DNA of 63,282 nucleotides, counting the filler, from Collodictyon triciliatum (Eukaryota): NCBI GenBank assembly GCA_043381765.1. It is 3 parts of 3 records of this genome, joined end to end, with 100 filler letters (N's around TTAATTAATTAA, not from the genome) between each part and the next. Parts side by side here need not be neighbours in the genome. Positions count along the whole stretch, not along the records: positions 28,247 to 56,328 come from JBHJMP010000984.1; positions 56,429 to 63,282 come from JBHJMP010001011.1; 1 more part is not named here. One strand, 5' to 3'. A program made the translations under genes and the position numbers. The stretch's first letter is position 1, and the number at the start of each line of letters is the position of its first letter. The notes under the pieces were generated by a model, which made no database searches, was not told the origin of the DNA, and saw nothing but the letters and a program-made list of their open reading frames with translations. Below are positions 54,267 through 63,282 of this stretch, piece by piece.

Positions 54267-56180
54267 TTATGTGTAATCATCATCGCCATTATCATCATTT
54301 CCACCACCCTGTCCAGACTGATTCTGCTCAAGGAGAATGAGAATCAAGTCCTCAAGCTTCACATACAGCTTCTCGAATTTGCCATCGATATTTACTAGAG
54401 ACTCCTGCATCAACTCCATAGACCGCCCTGTGTCAGAACCTCCGCTAGGAGCAACTTGCCGAACACTGGATGTGACCGCCTCTATCAATATATCTAGTTT
54501 GCTTGGGTCCAAAGCACCGGAATCATTTCTTCCGTTGTCTGCAGATAGTTTTGCTTCTTGCTTAAGGCTTCCTCGTGGCCCAGTCCCACTGCTCGAGCTA
54601 CCTGCCTCTTTGACTGTAATATCTTTCTCCCCTGCTTCCACTTTGATTACTCGTTCACTTTTACCTCTTCTTGATTGATAGCTTTGGAGTCTGTCTGCAG
54701 ATTCGAGTGGGAGTACTCGGCTGGATTGGCTCCACAATGGCGGTGCTGATCTTGTCCTAGAAGGGCATTCAAATAGTGTTGTGTGTTGGCGTTGAAACTC
54801 TTTTTTTTTCTTGCATCCCAAATACATCGTTACAAGAGACAAATGAAAAAAAATCCTTAAACGAATCATACTTTGTTTCATTGGCTTTCGCTTCTGGTTC
54901 TTTCGTTCCACCGAGATATTTCACTCTTAATTGGCGATACTTTTGTCGTATATACTAGAGTTTGCACATCAGAACAAAAAGTATGAATTCATGTGAATAT
55001 TAGTTGTTTTATTTTACATTAATATTGGTGGAGATATAAGCTCACCGCCTGAAGGATTTTGTGATCATCATCTGGAGGAGCTTTTCGGACTTCATCATAT
55101 GATTGGTTAATTATGGCGAGGTACATGTTCAACATGACGAAAAAGACGAGTAGTATGAACGAGAAGAATAGTACTGGTCCTATCGATTGTAGATAAAGTT
55201 AATATCCGTCAAAGTCGACACGTTTTGAATGTGATGGATAATTATCATATGCAATCCCATTCATACATCGCCATAATTGTGGTCATTAATTATGGAATAA
55301 CTAGAAAAAGACAAAAATAAAAGAGATGTATTTTAAAAGGAGTTGATACCAAGAACTCTATTATCTTGTGTAATTTCACTCAAGGCAATTTCTCCGAGAA
55401 TACTGGTAAAAAGAGCGTACCTACACATTTTTAGCACATATGAGTGCAATTGCTGTCTTCCTCTTAAATTGTTCATCCACAATACATATTCATATTAATA
55501 AAGGAAGAATCTTTACAGAGTGCCTTCTAGAGTATTAAACTTCGACACGTTGGAGCCAAATGATATATGGAAGGCTTGGGTGAATCCCCAAAATATGATT
55601 ATGAACATGACCATAAAGTAAAGAATATCATCTCTCGCCTAAATGAAATATTATTTTCTCAGTCCCGCGCAGCCATGAAGCGAGTTATATTTATAGGGAG
55701 TTTTTCCGTTTGTTGATTTTGCCCCCCTTTTTTACAAATGTATTTCAAATAATTACAAATGACAAAGTTCGTGTCAATTCTCCCATTCTCTTGTGGACAG
55801 ATACATATTTGAATATTCTAAAGAAGCATACAACTGTATCTGTGTATCGTGAAATGGCAAGGTTTAGAGTGTTGTTTAGGAGTGCGTAGATTTAATTGTA
55901 TATGAAACAAAATGAAACATATAAAAGAAGTTGGACGCGTACTTATGGCAATTATAGATTTCACTTGTTCTTGGATAAAGGACATTTCAAAGAAATCGAA
56001 TTTTTCATCATAAGGTAGGTTTTTAAGTTTCGAATCAACTTCGTAGTATATATAAGCCTCGAGCGAGAATTGCAGATAAAACATCTGCAAGAAATATATT
56101 AGAACAAAAACCACAATAGCACAGCTTAGACTCTTGGAATCGAGATAGGGCGATATTTCTTTGGTCGATAGCAAAATCAC
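54267..56180 (-). CDS. PKD2: Polycystin-2 (PKD2/TRPP)-like cation channel, C-terminal half; 5' part missing at the spacer
   Basis: Spliced exons: FFRIFKYVSVHKRMGELTRTLSF|ARDDILYFMVMFIIIFWGFTQAFHISFGSNVSKFNTL...|YALFTSILGEIALSEITQDNRVLG|PVLFFSFILLVFFVMLNMYLAIINQSYDEVR, the TRPP S4-S5-pore-S6 signature; coiled-coil tail (LVNIDGKFEKLYVKLEDL). Confidence 0.85.
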
Positions 56181-56229
56181 ATATGCGTCGAGGAAACATA
56201 CAATAATACAAAATGGAATACAATAAGCA

Positions 56230-56235
<6 letters not shown>

Positions 56236-56328
<93 letters not shown>
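56236..56328. repeat. (AAT)n microsatellite at contig edge
   Basis: AAT run running into the spacer. Confidence 0.95.
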
Positions 56329-56428
56329 NNNNNNNNNNNNNNNNNNNNNNNNNNNNNNNNNNNNNNNNNNNNTTAATTAATTAANNNNNNNNNNNNNNNN
56401 NNNNNNNNNNNNNNNNNNNNNNNNNNNN
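56329..56428. other. Artificial assembly spacer (44N + TTAATTAATTAA + 44N)
   Basis: Same 100-bp structure as 28147-28246. Confidence 0.95.
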
Positions 56429-56479
56429 ACAAAAAAAAAACAAACAAAAAAAACAAACAAACAAAACAAACGATGAAAA

Positions 56480-56645
56480 CAAAACAAAACAAAACAAACA
56501 AAACAAACAAAACAAACAAAACAAACAAAACAAACAAAACAAACAAAACAAACAAAACAAACAAAACAAACAAAACAAACAAAACAAACAAAACAAACAA
56601 AACAAACAAAACAAACAAAACAAACAAAACAAACAAAACAAACAA
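56480..56645. repeat. (AAAACAAAC)n 9-mer repeat
   Basis: About 17 units, in the intron preceding the first visible SHMT exon. Confidence 0.9.
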
Positions 56646-56758
56646 TCCCACGACACGCAAGGGGTACAAAAAGAATAGCCACAGGGTGAAGCACCGATGA
56701 ATAGCCATGAGAGCACCTTACTTTGCAAATAATTTGTCCTAACTCCTCGAACACATAG

Positions 56759-58464
56759 ATACTACGGCGGCAACGAGCACATCGACGCCATCGAGACGCT
56801 CTGCCAGCAACGGGCCCTCGCACTCTTTGGCCTGGACGAGAAGGAGTGGGCCGTGAATGTGCAGCCGTACTCTGGGAGCCCAGCCAACTTTGAGGTGTAC
56901 ACAGCGCTTCTGCAGCCGCACGACCGCATCATGGGACTGGATCTGCCATCAGGCGGGCATCTGACGCACGGATACATGACCGGCAAGAAGCGCATATCTG
57001 CATCGTCCATCTACTTCGAATCCATGCCCTACCAAGTGAACATGGTGAGCAAGAGGCAGCAGCTTTCATCGCTGATGCAACCCTATCTGTCTTGATTGTC
57101 TATTCAACCATCCACACAGACCGATGCTGTCATACCACAGCATCAATCACAATAGCAATTGCATATGGATTTCACCGATTCTTGGCCACTCAACCCTCCT
57201 TCAAATCTCCTGCCTCAGCCAGCAACCGAGCCCATCGCACCCCCTCTTTATCTCAGAGACACATTCTTGCTGACCAATCCGCCACATAGCAAACCGGATG
57301 GATCGACTACGACCAACTGGAGGCAAGCGCGCTGCTTTTCCGCCCGCGGCTGCTCATCTGCGGAGCCAGCGCATATCCACGCGACTACGACTACGGCCGA
57401 CTGCGGGCCATCGCCGACAAAGTGGAGGCGGTGCTGATGTGCGACATGGCGCACTTCTCGGGGCTTGTGGCAGCCGGCGCCGTTGCCAGCCCGTTCGGAG
57501 TATGCGATGTGGTGACAACAACGACGCACAAGTCGCTGCGCGGGCCGCGGGCCGGGATGATCTTTGTGCGCCGCAGCCTGAGCATCGCCGGGCAGAGCGC
57601 AGAGGAGCGCATCAACTTTGCCGTCTTCCCAAGCTGCCAAGGCGGGCCGCACAACCACACGATTGCCGCCATGGCCACGGCCTTCCGCGAGGCAGCCACG
57701 CCGCAGTTCCGCCAGTATGCGCACGATGTCCAGGCCAATGCCCGCGCCCTCGCCGCCGCCCTGCGCGACACATACGGCTACAAGCTTGTCACCGACGGCA
57801 CCGACAACCACCTTGTCCTCTGGGACCTGCGCCCGCTCGGCCTGACCGGCAACAAGCTGGAGAAGCTCTGCGACCTGGCTCACATCACCCTCAACAAAAA
57901 CACGGTCCATGGAGACGTCTCCGCCTTCACCCCGGGCGGCGTCCGCATCGGCACCCCCGCACTCACCTCCCGTGGCCTCACCGCTGCCCACTTTGCCACC
58001 GTCGCCGCTTTCCTCCATCGCGCCGTCCAGATTGCCGTGGCCATCCAGGTCCTCCTCTGTCTATCTTCCCTTCGTTTGCTTTGGCTTCGAGTCCTATATG
58101 TCCGATTCTCATGCTTGTTTTGTCGCTGATTCCTTTGTTTTTCTCCTTTTTCTCCGGTCTTCCTCTCTCTTGCTCCCTTCCTTTCCTTTCCTTCTGCTGT
58201 CTATTCTACTTGGCTCTGCAGGAAAAGTCAGGAAAGAAGCTCGCAGACTTCCTGGCCGCCCTCCCCGAGAACGAGGACATCAAGGTTTGTGCCGCCCCGA
58301 CCAGCCACCCTGCTTTGCTTTCCTTTTGCTTTTTCTTTTTTTTCTGACCGTCTGTGTCTTGCGAATAGGCGCTCGCGAAGGATGTGAAGGAGTTTGCCGT
58401 CCAGTTCCCGATTCCCGGCTGGGACGCCTCGTCCATGCGCTACCAGCCATCATCGGCGGAGTAG
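56759..58464 (+). CDS. SHMT: Serine hydroxymethyltransferase (eukaryotic type), 5' exon(s) missing at the spacer
   Basis: [71 protein letters not shown] (PLP lysine), [28 protein letters not shown]; stop TAG 58462-58464. Confidence 0.97.
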
Positions 58465-58797
58465 AGTTTCTCCGCACCCTAAAGACACCAGCACAAACGC
58501 CTCGGCTGCCGGCACGCGGGTCTGCCCTTTGTGCGGGGGACGGTTTCGTTTTAATCAATGCAGAGATTCATATTGTGTCGACGTCGTCGCGGGTGGGAGG
58601 GAGAATGAAGGGGTTTGTGGAGTGGAGGCCTAAAATAGGAGGGGAGATATAATAGCTGCGGAATGATGGGGGTTCTTTTCGTTTGTCTGCGTCGCGCTTC
58701 GTTGCTTGGTGGAGGCTCACCTGCCTAAGCAGGCCGGCCGAGAGTCGAAGGGTGCGGTGGGTTGTGGCACGAGTGGGGTTGCGTGAGTTTGTGCAGG

Positions 58798-61088
58798 TTA
58801 TTCGCTGGTCGGGGCGGCGGGCTCCTCTTGCTTCTTCTCCTCGTCCTTGGCTGGTGCAGAGGCATCGCCTGAGGCGGGCTGAGGCTCAGATTCTGCCGCA
58901 GGTGCAGAGGCAGGTTCAGAGGCAGGAGCAGGAGTGGGTTCAGGTTCAGAGGCAGGTTCCGCATCCAAAGCAGCGGGCTTCTCGTCGGCCTTCTCGGGTG
59001 CCGGCTCATCCACCTTGGCCGGAGCTTCTGCGGCGGCCTTTGGCGGGCGCGTCTCTGGCTTTGCAAGGTAGCGAAGTCCCACCTTTGCGTCGGCACTGAT
59101 CTCGAATGTGTCGACAGCAGCGTCGAATGCCTCTGCTCCGCCGTAGCTTTGTGATTGTGAGGATTGAGTGCTGAACTTGTTTTTTTTTTTTTGTTCGTTT
59201 GTTTGGCAATGATGAGATGCAGTGAATCGGCCGCTACTTACACGTCCAACACGATGGCGAACAACTTTGTCGCGTTCTGGAGCACATCGCCGTCCTTCTT
59301 GGCGGATATGTACCCGATAGACTGCATAAACTCGTTCACGTGCTTGTGGGTCTTGATTTCGCTTTTCTGTGTGTTGGGTCAAGTTTCGTCAGAGGGATGC
59401 CTTCCATTTGAGGCGAGATGAGGTTTCTTTTTCCATTGCGCATAGAGTATTCATAATCCCAAGTTCGCGCAGGCATGAACTCCTCCACGCGGGGCACGTG
59501 ATGATGTGACTTACGAAGGTCTCGACAAGGAGATGCAGGCCCTCGAAGGCAAGGGCGGATTGTCGTGTTGAGCCGTCGCAGAATCTCTCCGCAAAACCAA
59601 AGAGATATTGTGGGCAGTGGCGGGCGATGTTGATGAGAGCCTAGTGGGAAATGAGCTACTCGTTAATCGATTGCAGTCATTAATTTGACCGCTTAGTTAG
59701 TACTTTTTGTTGTCGAATGCATCATATCTTACTGGATTGATGAACTCTTGCTTCCTGACTCGGTGCGATGCGGCTGAAACCAAGCTATCAATCTGACAAT
59801 TCATCGATATACAGCTGTTAGGTGTTTATAAAAAGCAATTGGGCTTGCAAGGCTGGCTAGCCACACACATACACATATATATATATGTTTAACATATATT
59901 AAGATTTGAATGGGAGGGATGGGGTGTTTCACACAAACCAAAGTGTTATAGTCCAACTTTCTCTGAAGCAGATTAACGATTTCATCCACGGCTGTGACTG
60001 CGTGGTGCGAGACATTGTGAACAGAAGAGTCGACGAACTCCAACAGGATATCAACAGCCTTCTCCCTGCAGATGATAATGAAAGAGGAACAAACAAACAA
60101 ACAAACGATCAGACCAACCTACCGACCAAATACCGGACGCAGCACAGACAAAAACTCTGACAGTTGCAAGCCCCAGGCACAATATAAAAACGATCACTAG
60201 ATTGACAGCAATAAAATATCAACTGCTTCTCCTGCAGAAACTCTGGCTTGTGGGCAGTCAACTGACGGATACCAGTGATCACGGGGACATTCAAGTTCCA
60301 CTCACGCGTTTGCTGCGCCTCCAGAATTTCCTACAGCAGAAAACACAAGCCGTACGCTTAGTCGACTCTCAGAGCCTCTTGGCCGGCATTGACAGGAAAT
60401 GTGAAGGGAGAGAGAGAGAAAAAGAAAAGTAAAGAAAAGAGGAAACAATATGACAACAGAAATAGGGAAAGAAACACCGACACACCTTCCAGAGCTCCTC
60501 ATGGTCTTGCACAGCAGGGAGCGCACTTTGTGGGAGAATGGCCTCCTTCTGCTCCTTGTCCACCGGCAGCGCGCGGAAGACGTGGGCGGGAGTCACGGTC
60601 GCAGCCGCAGCTGCAGGACTGGACGTGGCCGCCCCGACACTGCCGCTGGACGCGCGGCGGAGAAATACACGGGTGGACGCACGGGTCGGAGTCAACAGAG
60701 CCCCGTCCGTCTCGCTCTGCTGGCGGCGCGACTTGCGCTTGGATCCGGGCGTCTCGGCAGCTACCGGCGTGGAATCCACACTCGCGGAATCGGCAGAAGC
60801 AGAAGCAGAAGCAGAAGCAGAAGCAGAAGCAGAAGTGGAAGCGGAGTCGGCCATTGGCTCGTCGGCCTTCTGTGCCTCTTCAAGAGCCGGCTTCTCCTCA
60901 GGCGCAGATGTCGGGGCTGCGTCGCCTGCGGCTTCCACAGAGGCGCCCGATTCGTCCACCCGCTGCTTCTTGTTGGCAGACTCCTCTTCGTTTGCCACGG
61001 CCGCGGTGACAGTCGCTTCGCTTGTGGGCGCTGCTGCTGCTGCTGCTGTTGTTGTTATTGGCAGTGTGGGTTCGGTGCTGTCGGCCAT
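58798..61088 (-). CDS. HEAT/TOG-like (CLASP/TOGARAM-type) domain protein flanked by acidic Ala/Pro-rich disordered tails, multi-exon
   Basis: Spliced core EILEAQQTREWNLNVPVITGIRQLTAHKPEFLQEKQ|EKAVDILLEFVDSSVHNVSHHAVTAVDEIV...|...ALINIARHCP... resembles TOG HEAT A/B (W..xx.xx..xR.L..H.P..L); start MADSTEP at 61088. Confidence 0.5.
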
Positions 61089-62981
61089 GGTTTGTGCGGT
61101 GCTATATATGGTATGGTCAGTCAGGTTTTTTTGATCAGCTTGTGCGGGCGAGAAAGCAGGATGGTTTTTCTTCCAGACTCCTTGGAACGGGGTTCGACTG
61201 TGATAAGGCGATGAGGGAAGTCGGTCTCTTGTTTCGTTAGGGTTTTGGTGGGTCATATTTGGTGCGCGCTGGGTTTTAGCGATCAGGTTTGTTTGGACTT
61301 AGTTTGGGGTTATGTTTATGCCCGGGTGGGGGAAGGAGAAATCGTGGCGTCCAGGTTTTTGGTGTGGGAAGGCCTCTTGGGAGATTGGATCAGGCTTTGT
61401 GGTATTATTGTTCCGTTGGAATATTCGTACGTCTTTATAGGTTGCTGTGACTGGTTTTCCTGGATGGAGTAGTGCATTTGGGTATTGATATTCTTTGAAT
61501 GTAAGTAAAAATATGTCGCTGGCACACAAGCGTATTCCACATGTGGGTGTTTGAACGTTGGTTGCATCTGGGAAATTGTGATGGGTGTATGAAATTGTCG
61601 ACATTATGCAAATGTGGAAAGGGTAAGAAGGGCGGAAATTCTCTAGCTATTATCCATCGGTCGTGTTTTCGTGTCTGTCGCACACGTTCCGCATAGTCCG
61701 TTCGCTTATTTACCATCTCCATTTGATGGACGATGACTTTTTTTTTTTGTACACATTGTAAATCAGATATTCATTTTAGAAATTCAAGTTTATTAGGTTA
61801 AATTAATAACCAAAATATCAATTAAAGACAGAAAAACAGTCAGAAGTTATATGTTTTTCCCCTCTCCATTTTTTTTCTGTGTTGCGTCCAGATGAAACTG
61901 CAAGATGTAAGCATTTAATGAATGACAAAACACAGTCGACATTGACTCTACCTACGCGTCGTGCAAAGTCCCATAGGATTTTCAGATTATTGTAAATTGA
62001 GATGTATATAGGCAAACTATTCTGTAGGAAGTGTGCCATGGTTTATGTGAATCAATTTATACGCTGATTAGGTAGGTATTTTTTTTTATTCTCCCAGAAG
62101 TGCCAGGTCGACAATTGGAAGCAGAGTCGTGTGATAGTCATAAAACATTTCCTTCACATAACTCATCTATATTTCAAATGATTCTCCATACAAAAACAAA
62201 AACTTTAACAATACCAAATTTCCAAAAAAACCAAACCAAACCAAAGAAAACCAAAAAACAGAAGGTAGAAGATAACATTTTTTTTTTAGATACCACACAC
62301 AAAAATTAAAATCACTGATACAATAATGCAACCGAACGATGGCTAGCGAACCTTTTCTTAGTTCAACAGTTTCATATCGAGAGAATCATCAATAGTTGAG
62401 AAATCGAGCAGAAATTACTGAATAAACATTATGTTTCGTTTATTGATTGAAAAAAAAAAACATAATATTATTGTTATTAAGAAAATGGCAATTTCAGAGC
62501 AGCTACAGGAGGATAGTGGGTTCTGGTAAAACGAAATCTAAAAGTCATCGTGACAGGCAATTCCTTTCTTCTCAGTATATATGGGAAACTTTAAATGATG
62601 CGTGAATTAGTATTCATAATCACATTGATAAGAGCATTAATATTTTCCAGACCGCGTAAATATAAATTTTCACGAATCTATTCTTCTGATACACTGACGT
62701 TTCGTCGGTTTGCCAGTGACAATATTATAACACCTGTATAATAGGAACATCCTGCACAAAATTGAAAGGAAGAATAAAAAAAAAAAATGTATAATAGGAA
62801 AATCTACAGCAACGGATATGAGAATATCCCGAATCAATTTTTTCTCGCAAAGATGTTCGAGGGATTAATTATATAATTTTACAAATATACGAGAAAAATG
62901 ATTCATTCGAGGAGCAAAACTTTAGCCATCACCCCTGGTTTTATTCTTCAAAAACTGTCATTTATCTTATTTTCTCATTCT

Positions 62982-63129
62982 TCAAGCCATACTTTGAGCT
63001 TGCTGTTTGTCGAATTCCTCCAATTCAGCCTTGTGCCTGGCTGTCATTTCATCCATCAATCGCTTAGCATCCTTCACCATCGACTTTCTCTCCTGCTTTA
63101 GTTGAAGGTCTTTTTTCGTCAACTTCTTG
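62982..63129 (-). CDS. Exon of an unidentified coiled-coil protein (gene starts beyond window end)
   Basis: After acceptor TTTAG: KKLTKKDLQLKQERKSMVKDAKRLMDEMTARHKAELEEFDKQQAQSMA*; the EMxxRHxxEL pattern recalls the N-terminus of OTU2/OTUD6 proteins, but no catalytic domain is visible. Confidence 0.4.
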
Positions 63130-63282
63130 CTAAACAGGCATACCAGAATGAGGAGAAAAGAAGAAGAGCGCTATGTGAGTGCTCAGAAATTATCACGTTC
63201 GCTTTCGTGGATCATCTCTTCTTTTCATTTTAGCAGCGATGAATATCATAATCCAATACCATATGTCTTTTCTCCTTTTCTT

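Noticed and set aside
57248-58652. Alternative long ORFs overlapping SHMT
   Set aside because: GC-rich shadow frames of SHMT exons.

Overview
Intron-rich eukaryotic (protist-like) genomic DNA with short GT-AG introns (many AAG/TAG acceptors) and abundant intronic microsatellites. It is assembled from pieces joined by two 100-bp artificial spacers (44N-TTAATTAATTAA-44N at 28147-28246 and 56329-56428) and one 524-N gap (46957-47480). Genes read by hand-splicing: a signal-peptide WD40 + Cys-rich repeat + multi-pass membrane receptor-like protein; a complete CAMTA (CG-1/TIG/ANK/IQ); a large soluble-cyclase (ADCY10/SgcA-type) cyclase-NTPase-helical protein; a formin; an ankyrin-repeat protein; a TOM1-like VHS-GAT protein; Tim23; an HMG-box protein; a polycystin-2-like channel (5' lost in gap); serine hydroxymethyltransferase (5' lost in gap); a TOG/HEAT protein; and several orphans. 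The standout is a near-intronless gene (52879-48371, minus) fusing a multi-pass membrane module, ribonuclease-inhibitor-type LRRs and a C-terminal group I truncated (2/2) haemoglobin with an apolar distal pocket, a candidate membrane-anchored gas/redox sensor. All exon boundaries are manual and domain calls are from motif recognition, not database searches.
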